Below, in pieces: positions 50,001 to 60,390 of a stretch of DNA of 64,000 bases. A program made the translations under genes and the position numbers. The notes beneath the pieces are model-generated. The model did no database searches and was not told the DNA's origin. It was given only the letters and a program-made list of their open reading frames with translations. Numbering within the stretch: position 1 is the stretch's first letter; each line of letters begins with the position of its first letter. Source of the DNA: Macrostomum lignano (taxonomy: Eukaryota); assembly GCA_002269645.1 (NCBI GenBank), contig NIVC01000708.1, positions 62,001 through 126,000 on the forward strand, written 5' to 3'.

Positions 50001-53000
50001 AATGATAGTCATGGAGGGGCGAGCGCCTGCAGCGAATGCAGCCTACTGCTGCCAGTGATGCGGCTGGTCAAGGCAAAGGCTGCTCCGCAAGGCAACGAGG
50101 AGGCCTGTCTGCTCGAGCTGGTTGCGGAGACCAATGCTCTGGATAAGACAGGTGAGCGCTGGTTGAGCGTGTTGGGTAGGCAGTGAGCATGTTGGGTAGG
50201 CAGTGAGCGTGTTGGGTAGGCAGTGAGCATGTTGGGTAGGCAGTGAGCGTGTTGGGTAGGCAGTGAGCATGTTGGGTAGGCAGTGAGTCAGATACGTTTC
50301 GCTGAGTAGTAGGCAGTGAGCATGTTGGGTAGGCAGTGAGCATGTTGGGTAGGCTGTGAGCATGTTGGGTAGGCTGTGAGCATGTTGGGTAGGCAGTGAG
50401 CATGTTGGGTAGGCTGTGAGCATGTTGGGTAGGCTGTGAGCATGTTGGGTAGGCAGTGAGCATGTTGGTTAGGCAGTGAGCATGTTGGGTAGGCAGTGAG
50501 CATGTTGGGTAGGCTGTGAGCATGTTGGGTAGGCAGTGAGCATGTTGGTTAGGCAGTGAGCATGTTGGGTAGGCAGTGAGCATGTTGGATAGGCTGTGAG
50601 CATGTTGGGTAGGCAGTGAGTCATACGGTACGCTGAGCAGTAGGCAGTAAGCAAGCTGTATATGTACAGACAACCCGATTGCAAACCTTGTGCCTTCAGA
50701 GATTCGTGAAGTCTTCCCTCACCCTGTGCTTCCCGTGGGCTGTCGGCTGACTCTGCCCAGCGAGTCCGACGGCCAGTGCCTGGGCGTGTCCGAGATCCCG
50801 CAGCACCTGCAGTTCAATCCGTCCGATCTGCTGCTCACCGGCGAAAAGCTGGGCTCCGGCTGCTTTGGCTCCGTGGTGCGCGGCTCCCTGCAGCTCAACG
50901 GCCGCAGGGTCAGCGTGGCCGTCAAGACACTCCGCAGCGACGCCTCCAACAGCCAATTCGTCAAGGAGGTCCTCACGCAGGCGAGTCTGCCGAAGCACGA
51001 GAATATACTGGAGCTGCTGAAGGTTTCGGAGGGTGAGTGAGTGGGTGTGAGTGGGTAAGCGAGTGAGTGAGTGAGTGAGTGAATGTGTGAGTGAGTGGGT
51101 GAGTGAGTGAATGAATGAGTGGGTGAGTGAGTGAGTGGGTGAGTGAGTGAGTGAATGAATGAGTGAGTGGGTGAGTGAGTGGGTGAGTGGGTGAGTGAGT
51201 GAGTGAGTGGGTGAGTGAGTGAATGAATGAGTGAGTGAGTGGGTGAGTGAGTGAGTGAGTGAGTGAGTGGGTGAGTGAGTGGGTGAGTGAGTGGGTGAGT
51301 GAGTGGGTGAGTGAGTGAGTGGGTGAGTGAGTGAGTGAGTGAGTGAGTGGGTGAGTGAGTGAGTGAGTGAGTGAGTGAGTGGGTGAGTGAGTGGGTGAGT
51401 GAGTGGGTGAGTGAGTGGGTGAGTGAATGAGTGAGTGAGTGGGTGAGTGAGTGGGTGAGTGAGTGAATGAATGTGTGAGTGGGTGAGTGAGTGAGTGGGT
51501 GAGTGAGTGAATGAATGAGTGAGTGGGTGAGTGAGTGAGTGAGTGAGTGAGTGAGTGAGTGAGTGAATGAATGAGTGAGTGGGTGAGTGAGTGGGTGAGT
51601 GAGTGAGTGAGTGAGTGGGTGGGTGAGTGAGTGAGTGAGTGAGTGGGTGGGTGAGTGAGTGAGTGAGTGAGTGAGTTAATGAATGAGTGAGTGGGTGAGC
51701 GAGTGGGTGAGTGAGTGAGTGAGTGAGTGGGTGAGTGAGTGAGTGGGTGAGCGAGTGGGTGAGTGAGTGAATGTGTGAGTGAGTGAGTGGGTGAGTGAGT
51801 GAGTGGGTGAGCGAGTGGGTGAGTGAGTGGGTGAGTGAGGGAGTGAGTATTCCCAGCAAGCAGCAGCGCCATCCAACACCTGCCCCCAGGTGAGCAGCAG
51901 CTCATCACTCCTTACATGGAGATGGCGCTGGACAAATACCTGGCCAGCCACCGCTCCCAGCTGTGCAGTCCTAACGGCCGGGCACTCGACTTTCTGCGCC
52001 AGATTGCCAGCGTGAGTCGCTTTGAAGATCGATTTTGGAGTGGGAATAGCCGCATAGGGATATGGAGAAGTAGAATCCCAAGGCTTTTAAGGGATTATCT
52101 GAAACCTTTTCATAATTTGATTAGCTCTGCATGATAAATTAGACATTAGCAGGGATTTATGAGCACAGATAGTGGATAGATGAGGGATTAACACATATAT
52201 TAGCGATTAAAATAAATAGATTCGGAACTAATGCACATAGATAAGGCATTTAACATGGATAGATTAGGCATTTGACATGGATAGATTAGGCATCAACATG
52301 AATAGATAAGGCATTAACATGGATAGATTAGGCATTTAACATGGATAGATTAGGCATTTAACATGAATAGATTAGGCATTTAACATGAATAGATTAGGCA
52401 TTTGACATGGATAGATTAGGCATCAACATGAATAGATTAGGCATTAACATGGATAGATTAGGCATTTAACATGGATAGATTAGGCATTTAACATGGATAG
52501 ATTAGGCATTTAACATGGATAGATTAGGCATTAACATGGATAGATTAGGCATTAACATGGATAGATTAGGCATTAACATGGATAGATTAGGCATTAACAT
52601 GGATAGATTAGGCATTAACATGGATAGATTAGGCATTTGACATGGATATATTAGGCATCAACATGGATAGATTAGGCATTTAACATGGATAGATTAGGTA
52701 TTTGACATGGATAGATTAGGCATTAAGATGGATAGATTAGGCATTTGACATGGATAGATTAGGCATTTGACATGGATAGATTAGGCATTAACATGGATAG
52801 ATTAGGGATTAGCACGAATAGATTAGGATTAACATGGATAGATTAAGCATTAGCACGGATAGATTAGAGATTAGCACGGATAGATTAGAGATTAGGATGG
52901 ATAGATTAGGGATTAGCATGGATAGATTAGTGATTAACACGGATAGATTAGGGATTAACACGGATAGATTAGGGATTAACACGGATAGATTAGGGATTAG

Positions 53001-53688
53001 CATGGATAGATTAGGGATTAACACGGATAGATTAGAGATTAGCATGGATAGATTAGGGATACAGATGGATTAGCAAGCATAGGCCGGCACAAGAGACGCA
53101 GAGCATGTGAACCCCCGTCGACTGCAGGGCATGAGGTTTCTTTCCGATTACGGAGTGTTCCACTGCGACCTGGCTGCCCGCAACGTGCTGATGGAGAACC
53201 TGAGCCCCGGGCCGCCCAGGCTGAAGATTGGCGACTTCGGTCTGTCCGGGATGTTTCAGAAGCGAGCTGATGCCGAGTACCTGTATTACACCTTGCCGAA
53301 GGACAACCGAAAGTTCCCCATGTACATCCTGCCGCCCACGGACTTGCAGACTAAGATCTACCCAACCACAGACAGCTGGAGCTTCGGCACCCTCATATGG
53401 GAGATGTTCAGCCATATTCCAGTGCTGGAGGCATTCTACGTCAACCCTTCCAGGGACAATGGACCCTTGCATCTGGTCGAGTACGTGAAAAAGAAGCCGC
53501 AGAAGTACCTGCTGCCATTGGATTCGGTGCCGCCACGTCTGCAGGGCCTGGTGCAGCGCTGCTGGGAGCCAGACCATATTGCCAGAATCAGCCTGCAGGA
53601 CATCTACAGTTTCTTGCATAACGATGTGCAGGCAATCTTTACTGAGCCGAACGGCATTGAGAAGAGTTCAACACGGCAGATAGACTAA
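44014..53688 (+). CDS. JAK: Divergent Janus kinase-like protein (FERM-like N-terminus, pseudokinase, tyrosine kinase), >=1104 aa, 5' incomplete
   Basis: join(44014..44456, 45477..45998, 46735..46885, 46980..47152, 47630..47949, 48044..48114, 48851..49144, 49827..50151, 50700..51032, 51890..52011, 53128..53688); phases consistent, acceptor at 48851 uncertain. C-terminal TK: LGSGCFGSV, VAVKTL, HCDLAARN, DFG, DSWSFG. Upstream degenerate kinase: HNNIKLSNIL, VRLCDL. N-terminal GIDPLYSVFFDLL and FSSEWEALAM resemble JAK FERM motifs. The TK call is secure; the JAK call is moderate. Confidence 0.7.
44520..45410. repeat. Intronic minisatellite, 27-nt unit ATTTATCCAAATCCCCATCCTCAGGAT
   Basis: About 33 copies in the first modelled intron of the kinase gene. 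Confidence 0.95.
46005..46700. repeat. Intronic minisatellite (AGTCAGCTGTAGCCCATT(AGTT) variants)
   Basis: Alternating ~21/25-nt units. Confidence 0.9.
47175..47610. repeat. Intronic minisatellite, ~54-nt unit GTGAGTGAGTGCAGGTGCTAATTAGCCCTGATAAGGGTGGGTCACCCATGCCAGT
   Basis: About 8 copies. Confidence 0.92.
48195..48820. repeat. Intronic minisatellite, 21-nt unit GATCATGAGCAGGGGAGATGG
   Basis: Direct tandem repetition. Confidence 0.93.
49170..49800. repeat. Intronic minisatellite, 28/30-nt unit TGCATTGGTGTTCATTGGGGTGTACAG(GAG)
   Basis: Direct tandem repetition. Confidence 0.93.
50165..50650. repeat. Intronic minisatellite, 20-nt unit GAGCATGTTGGGTAGGCAGT
   Basis: Direct tandem repetition. 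Confidence 0.93.
51033..51848. repeat. Intronic (GAGT/GGGT)n microsatellite starting at the splice donor
   Basis: Begins at the donor g|GTGAGT and continues as a tetranucleotide array. Confidence 0.95.
52250..53070. repeat. Intronic minisatellite, 22/23-nt unit TAACATGGATAGATTAGGCATT
   Basis: Direct tandem repetition with drift toward the 3' end. Confidence 0.93.
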
Positions 53689-56320
53689 GAAATCGTCTAC
53701 TGAACAGTAGCAAGATAAGAATGCTAAACGAATTTCTTTACTTTCGGAGAAAATGGAAAACTTTATTGTGTTGTGCGTCTACAGGTGAGGACACCTCCCA
53801 GTGGACTGAAGGCACTAGTTCACAACGACGAAGAACTAAAAAAACAGACCCTAACCTATTGCTACGTAGTTGTGTTCGAATCTCACCTATTTGTATGCGC
53901 ATCAACCCACCCTTGTTAAGGCTTTTTCGTTTTCAATATTTCTAATTCTTCAAGCGCCTTGCTACCAGCATTCTACAATAATTTTATCATATTTTCCTGT
54001 CTTTAGCTTTTTAAATCAAGAATGTACTTTTATCTGTTTTTTTAACTGTTCACCTTCGTTTATTCGTACAGACATCGCTTACTAACAAGTAGCGTGCAAC
54101 GATTTTGAAGCGATTTTTATGTTAGCAATCGCTCGAAAGTTGCGCAATATAATTGTTGAAAAAATTTCAAAGCTTGTACCAGATACTTTTCGTGCCGGCT
54201 GAGCCAGTTCTCACCTATGAATAACCTCTGATTGGTCAGATATTGACAATAGTTCAGTTTGATTGACAATATTGACAATTACCAAGCACGGCGGTAAGAC
54301 ATCGGGGAGGGAGGCAGAAAAGGTCAGCGATGATGCGGGCGTCAGTCATGACTTCGTACTCGCTGCCGGCGGCTGATGGTCTCGGAGGCAGCCTCGGACG
54401 ACCTTGGAAGGTCCATCAAAATTTAGCTGACATTGAGGGTAGTCGTGATCCCAGATCCCTGCATCCGACATCTCACATCCGAGCGTTCGCAGTGCAGCGA
54501 GCAGCTCACGGTGTAGCTGGAGTTCTGTTCTATAATCTGAGTGAACATTTAACCGGCCACTTTGGGCATTAAATTCACTGATCTTGGCACTTTATGTGAA
54601 GATAAAGCTGTGTCCCCAGTTAAGTGAGCGGCTGTTCCTCTCTGCCCTTCACAGTCACAGAGCTGATCATCGCTGGCTCTTTCAGCTGCACTGCGAACCA
54701 GTGAAACCCGCCGTCTGCTTGGCTCCTGTTTTTAGAGTGGAAAAACCTTAGCTAGTGGCATCTCTGTAGATGGTCTCATCAGCTGACTGATTTCTAGTGT
54801 AAAAGCAGCTAGGTGGGGCCCGGATCAGGTGCAAAACTGGACTCCTGCGAATCGGGAACTGGCCTTGCAGTAGATGCAGTGAAAATTTCTGAACACGAAC
54901 TTGAATGTAGTAGCGCTTGCTAAAATTATACTCAGTATTCAGTAACAGTCAAAAATTTCACCCCCAAAGCAAGATGAAGATGAAAATTTTCTAACTAATT
55001 GCGACAACTTCTCACTCACTCACAATCCAACCCCCAATTTACGCAACTAAGTCGCCGCGAGGAAGGGAAAGTGATTGAATCAGTAATAAACGTCACTCGA
55101 ACGAAATCATAACAATTTATTCTTTATGAAATATGCAGTTAGAATTGCGATAACGCGTGTGGGATCCCCTCACGCAGAAGTGCGGCGATTCTGCGGGGCA
55201 TCCCCAGGATGAGGCGGCGCAGAAAGTCCTGGGGAAGCTGCTGCCAAGCGTTTTCAATGGCATGACGCAGCTCGGCAACATTCTGTGGTGGATTTATTTT
55301 CGAATGCTGCGTTAGGAAGTCTCAGACATGCTCGATGGGATTCATGTCTAGGGACCGGCAAGGCCAGCGCAGTGCGCAGCTGTAGCTGTTCCTTCAGTTG
55401 ACTAACAGCATCGGCTTGGTGTGCCGGCGCGCGTGGTCATCCTGGAGAACCCCCAAATGGCAATAAGCTTCGCGCGCGTGCCGTTATGCCGTAATTTGCA
55501 TCACGCGCAATAAGTGAGAAAAATTCATCTCTCTTTGGAGGGTGGAACAGTTGCTGAGTGTATAAAATGAATAATTCGTTTTTACAAGGAGCAAAAGACT
55601 GGAGGACGATTGCTAATTGACTGGCTGTGGCTGGGGTAACTTGGCCTGCGTGCACGCCGGGGTGGTGGGTGCTGGGTTGCAGAGTTGTTTTGATGTCTGT
55701 CACTCTCGCTGAATGTACTTTGCTAGCGCGGGGTGGGGGTTGGGGTGAGTCAGGCGATCGATAATAAAATGGTTTCAGTATAAAGCTGCCTTTCAGCCTG
55801 CAATGTTGTTCGTGCTTTTGGTCAAAATACATGTAAAGGACTTTATTTCACTGGGATTCAGAATTTTTTAAGAAGTTCAGCTTATCACATTGAGATTTAA
55901 CTGTCAGAAAATAAGTTTAACAGCTCAAGCCTTTAGACAGTCGGGCTGCATCAGGTCACGTGTACTCCAGCAGCTGTTGGCAAGTCCGAGATCTCATTAT
56001 ACTCTTCCGTTCCTGCAACAGGAGAAGCAGACGGCTGCTCGGGCTTAATTCTTTGCTCTGCTTTCTCACTGCGACTCTGCAAGGTCGGAGATATAAAGTG
56101 TCGGAGATATGAAGTGTCGGAGATGTGAAACACCAATGAACGATGACTTCGAAAGCTGTCCGACTGATCTAACTGCAGAGAGAGCGGGCGCCACTGGCTG
56201 TGTGCTTGACTTACTTGACTTAGCTGCAGGGGGCGTCCGGCGGATGCAGCGAGGAGGCGGAGGAGACCGCCCATTCCGCTAGCCCCTGGCGACCAACGAC
56301 TTCCGTTGAAGTGGTGTCGC

Positions 56321-59300
56321 TCAGGGGGACCCGTCGGTCTCGCCTGCAGCGCGGTCCTCCTCACCGACGGTGGGGAAGAAATCAGCTCGTCCGGTGTCCC
56401 TGAGGTACCGGGCGAGCAGCGGGATGCTCTCGGGCCTGCAAACGTCGGAGAGAACCGGGTTTGGCCCGAGGTGAGTAAGCCTGGCCCTGGTGAAAACCGG
56501 GCAGTGGCAGATAAAATGCTCGGCGTTTTCACTGCCTGAGCGGCAGAAGGGGCACCGCTCCTCGGGTACTTGGCCCTAAAGGAAACGGTGGCGAGAGAAG
56601 CAGCCATGCCCGGAGAGGGCCATGCTAACTGCTCTGAGGTCTCTGCGGTTGAGCCTGAGGGGGGCTCTACGCAGGAGAGGAGAGGGGCAGGGGACGGCAG
56701 CACGGGATTGCCTACAATTCCGGGTGTCGTGCCACCTGCGGAGATGCTCGGAGTCAGCCCAGCGCTTAACGCGGGAATTGATCACCGAGGCGGGGATGGG
56801 GGCTCCCGGGCCCGGCCCTAGCAGCGCGCCGGCGGAGCCAGCCTTGGCCAGCAGGTCAGCGCGCTCGTTGCCGAGGAAGCCGGCGTGGCCCGGGATCCAT
56901 CTGAGCTCCACTTGGTTGCCTAGCGCAAGCCCGTTGAGCTGGGTGTTGCAGTCCAGGACGGACCTGGAGCTGGCGGTGCTGCGGCAGAGGGCCCGAAGGG
57001 CAGCTTGGCTGTCAGAGTGAAAAATAAATTTCCGGCCGCTAAGCTGCCTTCGGCGCAGCTCTGCCGCGCAGGAGCTGATGGCAAGCACCTCGCTCTGAAA
57101 AACACTGGAGTTGAGCCCAGTGTGCTGGGAGTAGCTCCACACCACTTCTCCCTTAAAGAAGACGCAAGCTCCGAAGCCTGAAAGACCATGCCTCATAGAG
57201 CCGTCAGTGTAACAGTGGACTTCAGAATCGCTCCAGCTGTCACTCGCCTCGTGTCGAGGCTGAATGGTGACCTTATACCTTTGGCTCAGGAGAAGGGTGG
57301 CTGGGATCGAGTCCGTGAGGATGTTGAGCCCGCCACCCTCCTCGAGAGCCTTGAGGCAGAGGTCAGAGTGCGGGATAAGCGACCGCTTCTTAAAGGCCCG
57401 CACTTTCTTGAAGGCCACCCCAGCATCCAGAAGACGCCGGGTGCTCTTCGCCGCCTCTCCTTTGATATAAATATCCAGAGGAGGGGCACAGAGGAAGGCA
57501 TTCATGCCTTCAAAAGGAGTAGAGGGTGGAGCGCCCATAGTCATGCGGCAGGCTCTGCCCTGGATTTTGTAGAGAGCGTCGAGGTTGCTCTTGACGCTCA
57601 GGCCGCTAGCCCACACGAGGCTGGCGTAACTGATCGAGGGGCGGATGATGGCAGTGTAAATCCACCACAGCTTCCTGGGGGTGAGCCCCCAGGTGGTGCC
57701 CACGGCGCGCCTGATCTGAGCCAGTACAGCCAGGGCTTTTTTGGCTTTAGTTTGAATGTGCGGAGTCCAGTTAAGCCTGTGGTCCAGAGTGAGGCCCAGG
57801 CAGCGGACCTGCTTCTCCATGGAAATATTCTTTCCATAGAGGGTGAGGGGCTTAATGGTCCAGAGCAGTTTGTTGGTAAACATGACTGCTGTGGTTTTCG
57901 ACTCTGAGAGTCTAAGGCCACATTGGTTTGCCCAACGCTCCGCTCGTCCCAGAAAGCCCTGCAGAAGGTCTCTGATGGTATCAACCGAGGGGCCCGCGCA
58001 TATCGCGGTCACATCATCGGCATAGCCCACCTTGAGAATGGGGTCGTGGAGATCACTGCAAAGCAACTCATCCATGACCATGTTCCAGAGAACGGGGGTG
58101 AGAACGCCGCCCTGGGGGCCCCCTTTCAGGACAGGCACCGAAAGAGAGCTGCCGTTCAGGTGGGCCACAACAGTGCGGTTCCGGATCATGAACATGATCC
58201 ACCGGACAAGGTGAGGGTGCGTGGCCCTGGATTCCAGGGCTCTGCAAAAGGCCTCGAAGATGACGTTGTCGAAGGCCCCCTCAATGTCCAGGAAAAGCGT
58301 GTCGCGACTTTCCTAGTCATTTCTTAGTTCACCTTCAATTGTCTCTGTTTACTCCGTTTTCTCTCTCTCTGTCTAGCTCAATCTTGTTATTCTTATCTCT
58401 CTCTCCCTTGCTGCGTTCTGATTGGCTCTCCGTTCTCGCCTCTTTCCTCAGTCGCGCACTCCACCCCCTCTCTTTATTATTTTGGGCTCAACCCCCCAAA
58501 GTTAAATGTTCTATAAATATATCGGTTTGGGCCCTGCGCCCACTTACTGCTCATCCTGCTCCTTCAATTTAACTCCAATTAAATAGTCTTTAGTTTAGTA
58601 TTTTTTCTACAAAGCGAGAGGGCAAAGCCGCTGCCAAGAACGGCCCTCTCCAGGAAGTCAACAATGACATGGAGAGCACTCTCGGTTGACCTGCCCGCGC
58701 GGAAGGCGTGCTGGTTCTGCGAGAGTGGGAAGCGCTTCAGCTCGACCGAAAGTAGGCGCCAAAGCACCAACCTCTCGAGGAGCTTGAGGCAGAAAGAGGT
58801 GAGGCTGATAGGCCTGAAGGCCTTCACCGATTGGTAGTCGCTCTTTCCAGGCTTGGGGATAAAGACCACCCGGGCCTCTCTCCACGCAACTGGTACATAG
58901 CCCAGCTCCACACAAGCTCGAAGGAGACGACAGAGCAGGTCCAGGAAGCGGTGGTTTTTTACCGCCTCGTGCAAGAACGCTGGGTAGATGCCGTCGGGCC
59001 CAGGCGCCTTGAACGGGTTAAAGGACCTTGCCGCTCTAATAATGCGGTCTTTGGTGATCATAGACTTTGCTAGGCCTTGCCCTCCCACTGTGTGGTCGGG
59101 CGGGCCCTGCTGAGTCGGAGATTTAGGGAAAAAACTGTTGAGCATGAGCTCTAGAGTCTCTTCCGAACTCTCTGTGACCGAGCCATCAGGTCTCTTCACA
59201 ACAGAGAGTTTAGAAAAACGGTCATTAGTGAGTGCCTTAACCACGCGGGCTACGGGGCGAGAGCCCTCAAGCCCTTCGCAATATTGGCGCCACTTGGCCG

Positions 59301-60338
59301 TCTTGGCCCTTCTGACTTGGCCCTTAAACTCGTGGATCGCACGGGTGTAGGCCTCTATATCAGATGGGTCTTTGGTTTTGAGTGCTCGCCTTTGGAGGGT
59401 CCTGGCTCGGCGCCGAAGGGCCCCGAGCTCTGGGTTCCACCAGGGAGCAGATTTCTTGCCTTTATAGGCCTTTAGAGGGCAGGCTGCTTCAAAGGCAGTG
59501 GTGATCGCCCCGCCCAGGGAGGAGGCGAGATCATCCACCACCTGGCAGTCAGAGAGGTCACTGGGGGGTCAAGATCCCGAAGGCCGCGGCTCAGCTTCGA
59601 GCCAAAGGCGGCCCAATCGGTGTTCCTGACGTTCCGACTCCAAGTGACCTTAGGCTTTTGCTTGGTCGGCCCAATGCAAAAGCGGATAAAGCGGTGGTCC
59701 GAGAGCGAGTCCTCGTCCCACACTCGCCAGCCCGTAACTGCGGAAAGCAGTCCGGGTGAGGCGATGGTGGTGTCGATGACTTCGGCCCACCGCCCATTTT
59801 TGAACGTTGGTGCATTGCCCACGTTACAGAAATTGAGGTTTGTGCTGCTGACGTAGGCCAGCAGCTCCTCGCCTCTGTTATTGGTGTTCTTGCTGCCCCA
59901 ATGCAGGTGGTGTGCGTTCACATCCCCTGCAATGAGCAGCTCGAACCGTCGGGATGCGGCATAGTCAATGAGGTTGACTAGTGCGTCGCAGACTACTGGG
60001 GCATCGCCTGGGAAATAGGCAGATGCTACCAGCGCAGGTTTATTTGGAATGAGGTTATTGATTTGAACAACACAGATGTCCCCAGTCGAGAGATCAGGTC
60101 TCATCCATGCTTCAAAAGCTTTTGCAGCAAAGACCAGAGATCTTGGGCGAGGCTGAGAGTCCGCCATGCAAAAACAGTGGTAGTCAGATGGCACATTATT
60201 TGGCTTACCTTTAGTCATCCAGGGCTCCTGCACGAAGACCAGGCCCGGAAGCTGTTGCTCTGTCGTGCGCATCAGGTTGACTGACGCCGCCACGCAGTGC
60301 TGAGTGTTGATCTGCAGACACCAGGTAGCCGCTGGCAT
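56321..60338 (-). pseudogene. LINE ORF2 (AP endonuclease - reverse transcriptase - RNase H - CCHC), disrupted
   Basis: Frameshift at the G6 run 59563-59568; solo-LTR insertion 58300-58611; nonsense TAG at 56576-56578; true stop 56321-56323. YADD, YTDGS, HSDSQAAL, WIPGHAG and CPFC..HFICHC motifs are present. Confidence 0.9.
58300..58611 (+). mobile_element. Solo LTR (312 bp), BEL/Pao-like by TSD length
   Basis: TGT...ACA ends; 5-bp TSD AAGCG at 58295-58299 and 58612-58616; TATAAA 58512-58517; ATTAAA 58578-58583. Removing it restores RT GFALSLFLDIEGAFDNV. Confidence 0.85.
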
Positions 60339-60390
60339 CAGTGCAGATCGGGTGTTGCAGTCGCCAGGAGTTCCTCCTCCTCCTCGGCGC

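Noticed and set aside
54200-56040. Possible gene start or pseudogene (CCAAT palindrome, ORFs 54330, 55437, 55951)
   Set aside because: No domain match. ORF 55951..56703 is an alternate frame over the LINE 3' end.
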